Source: Salinispira sp.
Lineage (GTDB): Bacteria > Spirochaetota > Spirochaetia > DSM-27196 > Salinispiraceae
Direction: 5' to 3'
NCBI GenBank assembly: GCA_965602015.1
Contig: OZ271918.1
Span: 832,001 to 896,000 of the forward strand
DNA length: 64,000 bases
A program made the translations under genes and the position numbers. Positions 40,189-51,159 of this stretch are shown one piece after another (the stretch's first letter is position 1; each line of letters begins with the position of its first letter). Below the pieces are notes generated by a model. That model was not told the DNA's origin. It ran no database searches and saw only the letters and a program-made list of their open reading frames with translations.

Positions 40189-42330
40189 TTAGTGGGTTCC
40201 CCGGGGCGGCGGGAGGGTTCGCTGCGGGGCTTGCTCTCCATTATTTGTTTCGAAGAAATCCAGGAGGTTCATGATGTCGGTTATCGCCTTCATCATTTCT
40301 TCCGCCGCCGCGGAGGTCTGTTCAGCCGACGCGCTGTTTTGCTGTGACATGTCTTCAATCTGGTTCATGGCTCCGGTTATTTCCTTGATGGATAGCGCCT
40401 GTTGAACGCTTGATTCGCTTATGTATTTCAGTTGCTCGAGAATGTTGCCGATCTCGGTTTCGATGCTCGTCAGGTGTCCCGAGGTTTCTTTCAGCGCTGC
40501 ATTTCCCGAATCCACCTTTTTGATTGATTCTTCAACCATTCTCTGGGTTTCCTTGACTGCCTCGGCGCTTCGATTCGCCAGGTTGCGAACTTCATCAGCC
40601 ACTACCGCGAATCCTTTGCCGTACTTTCCGGCCCGGGCTGCCTCAACATTCGCATTCAGAGCGAGCAGATTAATCTGGAATGCAATATCATCGATCAGTT
40701 TTACCACCCCGCTGATATCGCCGCTCGAGGCGGTTATTTCTTCCATGGCCGAGGTAAGGGAGTCCATGGCTCCGGCGGCTTTTTCGGTGCTGGACGTAGC
40801 GGTGCCGGCGATTTCCGATGCCTCTTTGGATCGACCGGCATTGAGGTTCGCCTGGTTATCTATTTCATTTAATGATGCGGATATTTGCTCAAGGCTCGCT
40901 GCCTGGTGCACGATTGACTGGCTTAAGGTACCGTTAGCCTGGGCCACTTGTGAGCTTTGAAGCTGGGCCTGATTGCATCGGTCGCTGATGGAGGCGATTA
41001 TTCCCGTGAGGGACTTTTGCATGGATTTCATGCTCAGACCCAACACATCCTTGTCGCTGGTGATGACGATTTCAGAAATCAGGTTTCCGTCGGCAACCGA
41101 CTCCAAATCATGACTTTTTTTCTGCAGCGCCGAGACCATTTTGGCGAATGCATTATTGAGCTGGGCAAGCTCATCTTTTCCTGAGGTCTCACTGATATGG
41201 ACGTCCAGGTCTCCCAGGGCGATGGTCGATGACATCTTCGTCAGCAGAGAGATACGCTTTTGAATAAAACTCAGAGTAACCAGGATAATAAGCGTCAGGA
41301 CGGCCAGGCCGATGGCCGAGGTGGCGATGAGGAAGATCCGGAAACCCATTACATCGGCCAGCACATCATCGGGATAAAACGAATAGACAATGGTCCAGCC
41401 CAGAGCGTCGAGTCGGCGAATAAAACCGGTTTTTTCAAACGATGAGTCGGGCATCCCGGGTTTGGGAAAAAAATACGAAATCCTTCCCTCGGGAGCATTG
41501 ATAAATCGGGGCAGAAGCAGTTCTCCGGTTTCGGAATCCCGAAGCTCAGGGCTGGTTCCAACCAGGCTCTGGTCGACATAGGTGACAAAACGTCCCTGGC
41601 TATCGAGGATAAACGGATAATCTGTGCGCTCGCTGTCGGTGTACAGGGTATTGTTCAGATAATCGATGCTTTCCTGCTTGAACTCTTGCGCCTGCTTTTC
41701 GATGACATCGATGTACTCGCCGGTACCCAGCACCCAACCCCAGGGTTCGAAGAGCAGGGTGTAGCCCAATTTTTCCGAGGCCTCGGTCTCCCCGGGTTTG
41801 GGAAAATAATATTCAAGCCATGCCTCGCCGTCGCGCACCGAATTGTCTACCAAATCACGGATGATGTACGTTCCGGTCTGATCCTGAAGATCGCGGCGGC
41901 TCGTACCGACTACCGAAGGGTTCGGGGGAAGGGCGACATTGATGTAGTCAACCGTATCAGCCCAGATATATCCATCGACCCCGAAGAGCATGGAATTTAT
42001 CTGTTCCACCGCAAGGGTCTGGGCCTGCTCCCGGGTGAATGCGCCGGAGGATTCCCGGGCATAAAGGCTCTCAAGCATTCCATGGGCAGTTTCGAGGATT
42101 TCTCTGAGCCGCCGCTCAACGTCTCTGCGCTGAAATGCCGATTCTGTTTCGATGGAGTTGTTCAGGGCCTGGGCTTCATTATAAATACCGTCCACGAAAA
42201 CCTTCGCGAATTCGGTATTTTGCTCCATGACATCCCGGGTTACCGTTGTGGAAATCATGATAATCAAAATAAAAATATAGGCGACCAGGGTGAAAAATAT
42301 GGGGATAAAAATCTTCCAGCGAATCGACAT
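40189..42330 (-). CDS. Cache-domain methyl-accepting chemotaxis protein
   Basis: Cache ([20 protein letters not shown]), [21 protein letters not shown]. Confidence 0.93.
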   Translation of the reverse strand: MSIRWKIFIPIFFTLVAYIFILIIMISTTVTRDVMEQNTEFAKVFVDGIYNEAQALNNSIETESAFQRRDVERRLREILETAHGMLESLYARESSGAFTREQAQTLAVEQINSMLFGVDGYIWADTVDYINVALPPNPSVVGTSRRDLQDQTGTYIIRDLVDNSVRDGEAWLEYYFPKPGETEASEKLGYTLLFEPWGWVLGTGEYIDVIEKQAQEFKQESIDYLNNTLYTDSERTDYPFILDSQGRFVTYVDQSLVGTSPELRDSETGELLLPRFINAPEGRISYFFPKPGMPDSSFEKTGFIRRLDALGWTIVYSFYPDDVLADVMGFRIFLIATSAIGLAVLTLIILVTLSFIQKRISLLTKMSSTIALGDLDVHISETSGKDELAQLNNAFAKMVSALQKKSHDLESVADGNLISEIVITSDKDVLGLSMKSMQKSLTGIIASISDRCNQAQLQSSQVAQANGTLSQSIVHQAASLEQISASLNEIDNQANLNAGRSKEASEIAGTATSSTEKAAGAMDSLTSAMEEITASSGDISGVVKLIDDIAFQINLLALNANVEAARAGKYGKGFAVVADEVRNLANRSAEAVKETQRMVEESIKKVDSGNAALKETSGHLTSIETEIGNILEQLKYISESSVQQALSIKEITGAMNQIEDMSQQNSASAEQTSAAAEEMMKAITDIMNLLDFFETNNGEQAPQRTLPPPRGTH

Positions 42331-42400
42331 GGCAGCTCCTGTAGACTTGTTGTAATGCCCAGGTGTCATGAACGACCCGGACGGCCTTAAGTATAGTACA

Positions 42401-43054
42401 TCACAAGCCCAAAGTTGCTTCCAGTTGATCCAGGTAATCTACGAAGACCTCCAGCGAGACATACCCGCGAATTATCTCATAGCGCCGCTGACCATCCAGG
42501 TCGTAAACCACCGCGAAACTCGGCGGTCCGCTGATGCCCAGGGCCCTGGCGATGCCTGTGCTTTCCGCAACAAGGTTTACATAGTCGTTTCGTCGAACCG
42601 ATTGCTCAAGGGTCTCGCCGTCCATACCCAAACCATCGGCAAACCGTTTGAGATTTTCATGGCTGTAGACTCCGCTGTTTATTTCTTCCTGTGAGGAGTA
42701 CAGCAGGGCTGCGAATTCTTCGAAGCGGCCGCTGTCTCTGGCTGCAAGGGCATACGCCCCCGCCAGCGCAGATTCGGCTCCCAGCAGGGCCACCGGGGTA
42801 ACCCGGAATAAAAATCCCCTGTCCCCGGCGACTTCCCGAATGAGCTCCGTCTCTACCTCATCGTGAAAGCGCGTGCATACGGGGCATTGGTAATCGGTAA
42901 ACAGCTGTACCATAACCGGGCTGGCAGGATCGCCGAAATCGTAGGAAGCCGATGGAGATCTCTGCCCGCCGCAGCCTGCGGATAGCAGCAGGATTACAAG
43001 TAAAGACCCAAAAGCCGGCGCACTGTACAGGACTTTTTGTGTTCTGATTGTCAT
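42401..43054 (-). CDS. DsbA/thioredoxin-fold lipoprotein
   Basis: LSAGC lipobox; [15 protein letters not shown]. Confidence 0.85.
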   Translation of the reverse strand: MTIRTQKVLYSAPAFGSLLVILLLSAGCGGQRSPSASYDFGDPASPVMVQLFTDYQCPVCTRFHDEVETELIREVAGDRGFLFRVTPVALLGAESALAGAYALAARDSGRFEEFAALLYSSQEEINSGVYSHENLKRFADGLGMDGETLEQSVRRNDYVNLVAESTGIARALGISGPPSFAVVYDLDGQRRYEIIRGYVSLEVFVDYLDQLEATLGL

Positions 43055-43228
43055 TGAAACTCCTCATGTATTTCTGCCCCGGCAGCATGACTTGTCTGCT
43101 GTTCAAGGATCTATCAAACTTTACCAAAATTCTCAAAGATAGCAAGGGAGAAGAGAAGAGAAGGCTGGAACCCGACCCGTGGTCTCAGTATCTTTCGCAT
43201 ATAAGAGATTCAGAAAAAGAGGAAAACA

Positions 43229-43816
43229 ATGAAGAGTAAATCATCAGTAATTGCCACGCTATTCGTTTCTGTAGTGTTGGTCGCTTCCTGTTCCGCCGGG
43301 GAAGATAAATCCGCCAATGCAGGGGCGGAAGTTCCGGCTATCGCCGAAAAACCGGCTGGCGAAGAGGGTGCTACCATGGGCAGTGAAGAGGAGCCCGGGA
43401 GCGCTTCAGCGCCGGTCATCGACCAGGGCCCGGTCGTCGCCGAAGGCGAGTGGATATCATTTACCAAGGCAGACGGCGCTGACCCGAACGACCCGGCCAA
43501 TCAGGACCGCATAAGCGACGATGTGATTCTCGCCCGAGGGAACCAGGGCGGGCAGATCTACAACGCAGTTTCTGAAAGCCGGGCCGACGCCAGGACCAGT
43601 CCGGCGGGAACCCTGTGGGCTCTGGGAACAACCGCTGAGCTTGACAGTCTTGAGTTTCAACCCTTTCGGGCAGCCGTGGGCAAGCCCAAGAATATCGCCG
43701 GCAAAGATCTGGTCCTCTATCTTGTTGAAAGCGAAACATATATAGATATCCGCTTCACCAGCTGGTCGGCAGCCAAACAGGGAGGCTTTGCCTATGAACG
43801 CAGAAGCCTTGAATAG
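43229..43816 (+). CDS. Hypothetical lipoprotein
   Basis: LVASC lipobox; low-complexity linker; globular C-terminal domain. Confidence 0.7.
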   Translation: MKSKSSVIATLFVSVVLVASCSAGEDKSANAGAEVPAIAEKPAGEEGATMGSEEEPGSASAPVIDQGPVVAEGEWISFTKADGADPNDPANQDRISDDVILARGNQGGQIYNAVSESRADARTSPAGTLWALGTTAELDSLEFQPFRAAVGKPKNIAGKDLVLYLVESETYIDIRFTSWSAAKQGGFAYERRSLE

Positions 43817-43939
43817 ACGGCTGAGAGTGAAGAACATCGACGTGCTGCCGGTTTTTTTCCAGAAGCCTGATTTTCTAATACCCTTTTTGTGACCCGTTAC
43901 ATATATTAGCGAAACACTAAGAATAAGAAGAGGTACGGT

Positions 43940-44422
43940 ATGCGCAGGTTGTCTTTGCTTTTAGTTTTGCTCAGTGTGTTGTCGGGTTCCCTGTGGGCGT
44001 TGACCGGTGAATACGGTCCGGCTGCCCCGGAAGGAAGGATTCTGCTGGCCTACGAGCCCACCCGCTTTAAAAATAATCTGGTAAGCGAAATGCTGACGCT
44101 TTTGGAGGAGCGGGGATTTTTCATTTCAGTGGTCGACCACCAGGATGAAGGACTGTCGGGATTGGCTGCATCGGACTTCGACGCGGTTTTTATCACCAAT
44201 AGCGGTGCTACCGCACAGGTTCGAGTGGAAGTCGTGGACTGGCTCAACCTCAACGGTACTACTCCGGAAAATGTCTATGTTCATACGACTCAAATTACCG
44301 AGTGGGAGCCCCAGGTAGAAGTCGACGGCGTGACGTCCGCCTCATACAATAACCGTCGACGGACCAACGACCTCGCCGCCGAGTTTGTCGAGGTGCTTGT
44401 TCGCATGGCTCAGGATTCTTGA
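43940..44422 (+). CDS. Secreted hypothetical protein, possibly flavodoxin-like
   Basis: Signal peptide SLWA; alternating beta/alpha pattern; GAGG SD. Confidence 0.6.
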   Translation: MRRLSLLLVLLSVLSGSLWALTGEYGPAAPEGRILLAYEPTRFKNNLVSEMLTLLEERGFFISVVDHQDEGLSGLAASDFDAVFITNSGATAQVRVEVVDWLNLNGTTPENVYVHTTQITEWEPQVEVDGVTSASYNNRRRTNDLAAEFVEVLVRMAQDS

Positions 44423-45786
44423 TGATAAAAAGACTTCTGTGGCCGACGGCGGCATTGCTTAGTCCGGTTCCAGCCTGGTTTTTGTATTTCGGCAGCGATT
44501 TTAGTCACATTCTGGAACCGTTCTCACTTTCAATGTTTGTCGGGTTGATGGCGTATAGCTACTTCCTGGTTGCGATTTTTATCTCCAGCCGCATTCGGGT
44601 CTTCGACCGCCTGTTCGGTCATGACCGGGTTATGAAGTTTCACAGCTATATCGCCATTGCCGCCATCGTACTGGCAATTGCCCACCGGCAGATAAAACTG
44701 ATGGTTTTTTCATTTACAAATCTGCAGGTGCTCTTCGGCGTTATCGCCCTGTTGCTTGTAGTCGGCATTGCCGGCATTACAGTGCTGGTTATGGTCCCCA
44801 ATATCATCCATCGGGTGCGGTGGCTCAACCGGTTTCGGCTTTTTGTGAACCGTTCAATGAAACTGGACTACAGCATCTTAAAGACCGTCCACAATGTTCT
44901 CGTTCTTGCGATACTCAGCGCATCGGTCCATGTTTTTCTGGCTTCCAGCACCCAGGAGACCTGGTCGAGGATGATATACATCGCATCGCTGGCGGTGATT
45001 GCCATGGGCAGCTGGGTATGGCATAAAATTATTCGGCCTCTTCAGAACCGCAGAAGAGGATTGGTTGTCGATGAGATTATTCGGCACTCGGCGGATGTGA
45101 CCGAAGTGCGGGTCGTCTCATCAAAAGGTGGGCAGGCAGCCGGCTCGAAGGCCGGCCCAATGCGCTACAAGGCCGGTCAGTTTGCATTCTTCAGTTTTCC
45201 CGGGTCAAGCCTTGGGGCAGAAGAGCATCCGTTTACCTATTCGTCAGCGCCGCATGATAACTACATTAGCTTCACCGCAAAAAACCTCGGCGATTTCTCT
45301 TCCCGGCTCCGGGAATTATCGCCTGGAACTCCGGTACGGGTTGACGGGCCGTATGGGATTTTTACCCCTTCGAGGGCCAAGGGAAAATCTCTGGTTTTTA
45401 TTGCCGGCGGCATCGGCATTACCCCGTTTATTTCTATTTTAGGGGAAGCCGCTGGCAAGCATTCTTCTGTAGATACGACCCTGCTATGGGCGGTGAGGAC
45501 TGCCGAGGATGCGGTATACCATCAGCTGCTGCTTGGCCTCGAAGAAAAAATCGATGGCTTCACGTACTACCCTGTGTTTTCAGATGAAATGCCGGCTGAA
45601 AAAACTGCGAATATGCGCAGCGGATTCGTGGACCGGCAGATCATAAAAGATGCAGTAGGCGATGGCATAAAAGATGCCTCAGTATTCTTTTGCGGACCGC
45701 CGGCCATGCGCAACGCCCTGTTTCCCGAGCTCCAGAAACTGGGCATAAGAAAGTCTCGCATCCATTACGAGCAATTCTCGTTGTAG
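44419..45786 (+). CDS. Ferric reductase-like TM oxidoreductase with FAD/NAD-binding domains
   Basis: TM histidines; GQFAF, EEHPFT, DGPYG, AGGIGITP, FCGP. Confidence 0.88.
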   Translation: MMIKRLLWPTAALLSPVPAWFLYFGSDFSHILEPFSLSMFVGLMAYSYFLVAIFISSRIRVFDRLFGHDRVMKFHSYIAIAAIVLAIAHRQIKLMVFSFTNLQVLFGVIALLLVVGIAGITVLVMVPNIIHRVRWLNRFRLFVNRSMKLDYSILKTVHNVLVLAILSASVHVFLASSTQETWSRMIYIASLAVIAMGSWVWHKIIRPLQNRRRGLVVDEIIRHSADVTEVRVVSSKGGQAAGSKAGPMRYKAGQFAFFSFPGSSLGAEEHPFTYSSAPHDNYISFTAKNLGDFSSRLRELSPGTPVRVDGPYGIFTPSRAKGKSLVFIAGGIGITPFISILGEAAGKHSSVDTTLLWAVRTAEDAVYHQLLLGLEEKIDGFTYYPVFSDEMPAEKTANMRSGFVDRQIIKDAVGDGIKDASVFFCGPPAMRNALFPELQKLGIRKSRIHYEQFSL

Positions 45787-45854
45787 GCTCTCTTAAAACC
45801 TAATCAAACAATGGGCAAACCGAAGTCCCGCCAACCGCGGCGAGACCTCGGTGC

Positions 45855-46334
45855 TCACTGAACGGCGGCGGCGGCCAGTTCGGCAATGGCCTCGTCGTCC
45901 AGCTCATCGCGGTCCTCGGAGATCTTTGCCGCGATTTTTAGCATGGTGCGGGGTATGACCCCGAGCTCATCGAGGATTATCCGCCCTCCGGCGGTGGCGC
46001 TCAGGCTGGAATGAGCCACCAGCCGGGGAGGGAAGTTCGCATCGATATAGGCTATTGCCCGCTCGCCCCGGGCCAGGCTGGATACATATAAACACAGGCG
46101 TTTTTCCAGAAGCTCCTGCTCGTGCCGCAGGCAAAAGCTCCGGATATTCGCCGGCACCTGACCAGCCCTTACGGAAGCGCCGATGATTACGCAATCATAA
46201 CCCTCAATCGTCGGCCGGGATTTCACATCAGCCATATCGGCTTGAACGTCTTCGGCTTGTATCTTGTCTACAATACGGCGGGCGATTTCCTTGGTTGAGC
46301 CGCTTCTGGTGGAGTACACTACGAGAATTTTCAC
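45855..46334 (-). CDS. Flavodoxin-domain protein (HemG-like)
   Basis: YSTRSGSTKEIA; YDCVIIGAS. Confidence 0.8.
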   Translation of the reverse strand: MKILVVYSTRSGSTKEIARRIVDKIQAEDVQADMADVKSRPTIEGYDCVIIGASVRAGQVPANIRSFCLRHEQELLEKRLCLYVSSLARGERAIAYIDANFPPRLVAHSSLSATAGGRIILDELGVIPRTMLKIAAKISEDRDELDDEAIAELAAAAVQ

Positions 46335-46615
46335 AGACCTGTCTCCTTTATATAGAGGTACTTGTTGCGAAAGTACAAACCGATATCGATGAGCACCATG
46401 GTGCCATTGAGGGCGTAGAAAAAGATGACGGGATCCGGGGCATAGAATACTTTGTGCAGAATACCTGAAATGTAGCCCACAAAAAGGGCGAAGAGGAAGA
46501 TGATGCTCTTTCCCGCCACCGATCGGGATTTCCAGGACCGGTAAATTGAAAATGGCCAGGCAAGTCCGAAGCAGATCAGCATGATAATTTCAAATAAACT
46601 CAAGATGCTCTCCAT
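46331..46615 (-). CDS. Small 3-TM PQ-loop/SemiSWEET-like membrane protein
   Basis: CFGLAWPFSIYRSWKSRSVAGKS; 3 hydrophobic helices. Confidence 0.65.
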   Translation of the reverse strand: MESILSLFEIIMLICFGLAWPFSIYRSWKSRSVAGKSIIFLFALFVGYISGILHKVFYAPDPVIFFYALNGTMVLIDIGLYFRNKYLYIKETGL

Positions 46616-46761
46616 ATAGCGTGCTGGCGTAACTATATGAGATTTGTTGCGGCTTTGCTACCGGCTTCTCGTTCAGAACAGTATTCTTGGGAAATACTTC
46701 TTCAAAAAGTCTTTTTTTCATCCTTGGTCAGATGCACTATGAGTTATGAGGATGTCTGGTG

Positions 46762-46818
46762 GCACTGCATATAGGGGTGTAATTAAAATATTTAGAAAAA
46801 AAACACCATATATGCTGG
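46762..46818. promoter_or_regulatory. Tandem NrdR boxes
   Basis: GCACTGCATATAGGGG (46762-46777) and ACACCATATATGCTGG (46803-46818), 41 bp apart, resembling acaCwAtATaTwGtg, upstream of nrdA. Confidence 0.7.
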
Positions 46819-46851
46819 CGCATAATTATCTCCTGTGTAATAATCAATGTA

Positions 46852-47007
46852 TCAGGCAAAGCCGAAGGAGTACAAACCTGTCGGCGGAAGTCCGGTGTAA
46901 ATCCGGCGCAGCCCCCGCTACTGTTATGCTGACGAGCCCCTAAAACGCCACTGGGAAACCGGGAAGGCAGGGAGTGAGGATGATGCTAAGCCAGGAGACC
47001 TGCCTGA
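46852..47007 (+). ncRNA. Cobalamin riboswitch
   Basis: GGAAgtcCGGTGtAAATCCGgcgcaGCCCccgctACTGT; GCCACTGggaaaccGGGAAGGC; B12 box AGCCAGGAGACCTGCC; P1 tcaggca/tgcctga. Confidence 0.96.
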
Positions 47008-47178
47008 ACTCACAGAACGGGAGGTTCCCCATGCGAACAAACACTATTGTATATCGATAAATCCTTTTTCCCCGAATGAAGATGGTCAGCTCTTGCTGTT
47101 GAACCGAGGACGCGCGGCTTCCTCGTTTTACCGCAGGTTTGCTGGTGACTATACGCGGTACAGAAGAAGGATACATAC

Positions 47179-50058
47179 ATGAATATTATTGATTTCAATC
47201 TCAAAGTGCGCAAGCGCGATGGACGCCTTACAGCTTTCGATCAAGTCAGGGTATCGTCTGCTCTGGAACGGTCTTTCGCCTCCGGCGGAGGTGATACCGC
47301 CGGGTACAACGAGGCGGTGGAGGCTGTAATGGCCCGTATGAGCGAAATGATCCGCTCATGGCTTCAATCCCTTGGGCATAGCGGCGTTGTTCCAAATGAC
47401 CTCACAGATTCGCCGGCTATTCTGCCGGTAGAAAAGATTCAGGATATAGCCGAAACGGCCCTAATGGAGTGTGGCTATTACGAGACGGCCAAGCGCTATA
47501 TCCGTTACCGCTTTCAGCACGCTCTCCAACGCCGGGAAGCTTCCCGCCGTCGGGCTGAGGACGCAAGCGACGGCCGCATCCCCGTAGCAGCCGGTGACGG
47601 ACGGACCATGGCATTTAATCGGGAAAATCTGGAGGCGTACCTGGAACTCCAGTCTCGGCTTCTGGGAGGAGACGCTGCCGGAATAATCGATTTCCGCAGA
47701 ATCGCTCGGAATGTCATAGCCGGATTGGGCAACGAAGTTTCAACCGGCGAATTGCGGCGATTATCTGTACAGGCAGCTGCGGAGTGTATTGAAGAGGATC
47801 CGGCCTATGATGACTATGCCGCCCTGCTGCTGCGTCAGGCCCATTGCCGTGAACTATTGGGTAGCGAGGAGGGCGAAGCCGGGTACGAAACGCGATATCG
47901 GGAGGGTTTTTCCGCCACATTCCGCCAGGCAGTAGATGCCGGATACCTGGACGAAAGAATGGCGACGTTCGATGTCGACCGAATTGCCGGTTATCTGGTG
48001 CCGTCCCGGGACCGGGAGCTAAAGTTCCTTGGAAGCGAAACCCTCCAAGAGCGCTACCTAATGCGCATTGACGACAAGCCCGTCGAGAGCTACCAGGGAT
48101 TCTGGATGCGTGTCGCTATGGGTCTGGCCCTCAATGAACGGGATAAGGAAGCGCGGGCACAAGAGTTCTACGACGCCATGAGCACTTTGAGCTTTATTCC
48201 CTCCACGCCGACCCTTTTCCACTCAGGGTTGAGTCATCCCCAGCTTTCCAGTTGCTACCTTTCCACGGTGAAGGATGACCTTGCGCACATCTTCAAAGTC
48301 ATGGGTGACAACGCCGCCCTGTCTAAATGGTCCGGCGGTATCGGAAATGACTGGAGCTCAATCAGGGGTACCGGAGCATGGATTCAAACGACCAAGGTAA
48401 ACTCCCAGGGGGTTATTCCCTTCCTGAAAATTGCCAATGACGTGACAGTGGCCATTAACCGTTCGGGACGACGGCGGGGAGCCACCTGCGCCTATCTGGA
48501 AACCTGGCATTATGATATCGAAGATTTCCTGGATTTACGTCGAAATACCGGCGATGAGCGACGTCGCACTCCCGATATGAACACCGCCAACTGGATTCCC
48601 GACCTATTTATGAAGCGGGTCAAGGAAAAAGGGCGGTGGACTCTTTTCAGCCCCGACGAAACTCCTGATCTCCACGAGCTTTACGGCCGTGCCTTTGAAG
48701 AGCGTTATGAATACTATGAGGCCCAGGCCTCGGCGGGACATATAAGCTTGTTCAAGGAGGTTGAGGCTGAGAAACTGTGGCGCAAGATGCTGACCAGGAT
48801 ATTTGAAACCGGACACCCCTGGATTACCTTCAAGGATCCTTCGAATATCCGAAGCCCCCAGGACCACGCGGGAGTTGTGCACAACTCGAATCTCTGTACG
48901 GAGATCACCCTGAACAACAGCGCCGATGAAACCGCAGTCTGCAACCTGGGAAGCGTAAACCTGGCCCGCCACCTGCTTCCCGACGGCAAGAAGTATCGGG
49001 GTATCGATGAAACAAAGCTTGCAAAGACAGTCTCAACCGCCATGAGGATGTTGGACAACGTCATCGACATTAATTATTACCCTACGGAGGAGGCCCGTTC
49101 TTCGAATGTGCGCCACCGTCCGGTGGGTCTGGGGCTTCTTGGGTTTCAGGATGCGTTGTTCCTTCAGGGATTGGGTTTTACCGATTCTGAAGCCCTTGAT
49201 TTTGCCGACCGCTCAATGGAGTTGATTTCCTACCATGCAATACTCTCAAGCTCGCATCTGGCAGCAGAACGGGGGGCGTACGCAAGTTTTACCGGGAGCA
49301 AATGGGACAGAGGTATTTTACCCCTCGACAGCATTGCGATCCTTGAAGAACAGCGGGGCGAGGGAATAGACGTTGACCGAAGCTCAACCCTGGACTGGGA
49401 GTCGGTTCGCGCTTCCATCCGGGAGCACGGCATGCGAAATTCAAACACCATGGCTATTGCCCCGACGGCTACCATCTCGAATATTGCCGGCGCGTATCCC
49501 TGCATTGAGCCGGCGTACAAGAATCTCTATGTAAAGAGCAACATGTCAGGTGAGTTCACCGTCGTCAACCGGTACCTCGCAGCGGAGCTCAAGACCAGAA
49601 ACCTTTGGAATGACCAGATCCGGGAACTGATCAAATATCACGACGGGTCCATTAGAAAAATCGAACAGATTCCCGCAGAGCTTCGGGAACGATTTTTAGA
49701 AGCCTTCGAGATAGATCCCCTTACCCTGCTCCGGTTTACTGCACGGCGTTCAAAATGGATTGATCAGAGCCAAAGCCACAATGTGTTTATGAAGGGCAGC
49801 TCGGGGAAGATGCTCGATGAAATATACCGTTCGGCCTGGCAAATGGGATTAAAAACCACCTATTACCTGCGGACTCTGGCGGCCAGTCAGATTGAAAAAT
49901 CAACCCTGGACGCCAAGGTTTACGGCTATACCCAAAAACGGGAAACCGGCGCTGCCGCTGCCTCCTCGGGCAGCCCCGCCGCGGGTTCACCGGCAACCAA
50001 GGTAAGCAGCTCTGAGGTCTGCAGCCTTCTCGATCCGGACTGCGAGGCCTGTCAGTAA
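47179..50058 (+). CDS. nrdA: Class I ribonucleotide reductase alpha subunit (Chlamydia/Pseudomonas-like), N-terminal ATP cone plus a degenerate second cone
   Basis: VRKRDG cone; SSCY; SNLCTEI; VCNLGS; APTATIS; TTYYLR; C-terminal CEACQ. Confidence 0.97.
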   Translation: MNIIDFNLKVRKRDGRLTAFDQVRVSSALERSFASGGGDTAGYNEAVEAVMARMSEMIRSWLQSLGHSGVVPNDLTDSPAILPVEKIQDIAETALMECGYYETAKRYIRYRFQHALQRREASRRRAEDASDGRIPVAAGDGRTMAFNRENLEAYLELQSRLLGGDAAGIIDFRRIARNVIAGLGNEVSTGELRRLSVQAAAECIEEDPAYDDYAALLLRQAHCRELLGSEEGEAGYETRYREGFSATFRQAVDAGYLDERMATFDVDRIAGYLVPSRDRELKFLGSETLQERYLMRIDDKPVESYQGFWMRVAMGLALNERDKEARAQEFYDAMSTLSFIPSTPTLFHSGLSHPQLSSCYLSTVKDDLAHIFKVMGDNAALSKWSGGIGNDWSSIRGTGAWIQTTKVNSQGVIPFLKIANDVTVAINRSGRRRGATCAYLETWHYDIEDFLDLRRNTGDERRRTPDMNTANWIPDLFMKRVKEKGRWTLFSPDETPDLHELYGRAFEERYEYYEAQASAGHISLFKEVEAEKLWRKMLTRIFETGHPWITFKDPSNIRSPQDHAGVVHNSNLCTEITLNNSADETAVCNLGSVNLARHLLPDGKKYRGIDETKLAKTVSTAMRMLDNVIDINYYPTEEARSSNVRHRPVGLGLLGFQDALFLQGLGFTDSEALDFADRSMELISYHAILSSSHLAAERGAYASFTGSKWDRGILPLDSIAILEEQRGEGIDVDRSSTLDWESVRASIREHGMRNSNTMAIAPTATISNIAGAYPCIEPAYKNLYVKSNMSGEFTVVNRYLAAELKTRNLWNDQIRELIKYHDGSIRKIEQIPAELRERFLEAFEIDPLTLLRFTARRSKWIDQSQSHNVFMKGSSGKMLDEIYRSAWQMGLKTTYYLRTLAASQIEKSTLDAKVYGYTQKRETGAAAASSGSPAAGSPATKVSSSEVCSLLDPDCEACQ

Positions 50059-50076
50059 GAACAAAGGAGAGCCCAC

Positions 50077-51069
50077 ATGTCAATTATAAATAACAGCAAA
50101 ACTGATCCAAACAAAATCCTGCCTATGACCTATACCTGGGCCCGGCAGCATTACCGCGACGGGGTTGCCAATACCTGGGTACCCGAGGAAATCCCCATGC
50201 AGGATGATATCGAGCTGTGGAAATCCGGGCGTCTCAGCGATGCCGAGAGACGGTTGATTCTCTGGAACCTGGGGTTTTTCAGCACCGCCGAAAGCCTCAC
50301 GGCCAACAATATCGTTCTGAGCGTGTACAACCATGTGACTAACCCGGAATGTCGCCAGTATCTGCTTCGGCAGGCATTTGAAGAGGCTGTCCACACCGAT
50401 ACCTTCATATACTGTTGCGACTCCCTTGGCCTTGACCCCGAAGAGCTCTACGGGATGTACGAGACAATCCCCTCCATCCGGGAGAAAGACGCGTTTGTCA
50501 TCCGCCTGACCGAGGGAATCATGAATCCCCTGTTTACCACAAATGGAGAGGACAGTATCGGCCGTTTTATCCACGACCTCATTGGGTATTACGTCATTAT
50601 GGAGGGTATTTTCTTCTACGCCGGCTTCGCAATGATGCTCGCCATGAAGCGGCAAAAGAAGATGGTGGGCATCGGCGAGCAATTCGAGTACATCATGCGG
50701 GATGAAAGCCTTCACCTGGCATTCGGTGCGGACTTGATCAACACAATAATTGCTGAGAATCCCGATGTTTGGACACCTGAGTTTAAGGATGAAATACGTT
50801 CTCTCATTGCCGAGGCGGTCGAGTTAGAAAAAATATATGCCCGGGATGCCTGTCCTTCCGGGGTTAGCGGGTTCAGCCCGGAGCAATTTTGCCAATATGT
50901 GGAGCACATCGCCGACCGACGACTTGAGCGAATCGGATTGGACGCACTGTACCATCAGTCAAATCCATTTCCTTGGATGAGCCAGGCAACCGACCTTTCG
51001 AAGGAAAAAAACTTTTTCGAGACCCGGGTAACCGAGTACCAGATTGCCGGCAATCTCGATTGGGATTGA
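50077..51069 (+). CDS. nrdB: RNR beta subunit with class Ic (Mn/Fe, R2c) signature
   Basis: FSTAESL (Glu72), EEAVHTDTF (Phe110 at the radical-Tyr position), EGIFFY, RDESLH, FFETRVTEY. Confidence 0.95.
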   Translation: MSIINNSKTDPNKILPMTYTWARQHYRDGVANTWVPEEIPMQDDIELWKSGRLSDAERRLILWNLGFFSTAESLTANNIVLSVYNHVTNPECRQYLLRQAFEEAVHTDTFIYCCDSLGLDPEELYGMYETIPSIREKDAFVIRLTEGIMNPLFTTNGEDSIGRFIHDLIGYYVIMEGIFFYAGFAMMLAMKRQKKMVGIGEQFEYIMRDESLHLAFGADLINTIIAENPDVWTPEFKDEIRSLIAEAVELEKIYARDACPSGVSGFSPEQFCQYVEHIADRRLERIGLDALYHQSNPFPWMSQATDLSKEKNFFETRVTEYQIAGNLDWD

Positions 51070-51159
51070 GGCATAAAAAGCATAGGGCAAACCCGAGCTC
51101 TCCAATTAGGGGAGTAACCAGCATACCGGAAAACCAGATCAGATACACAGGAGACAACA

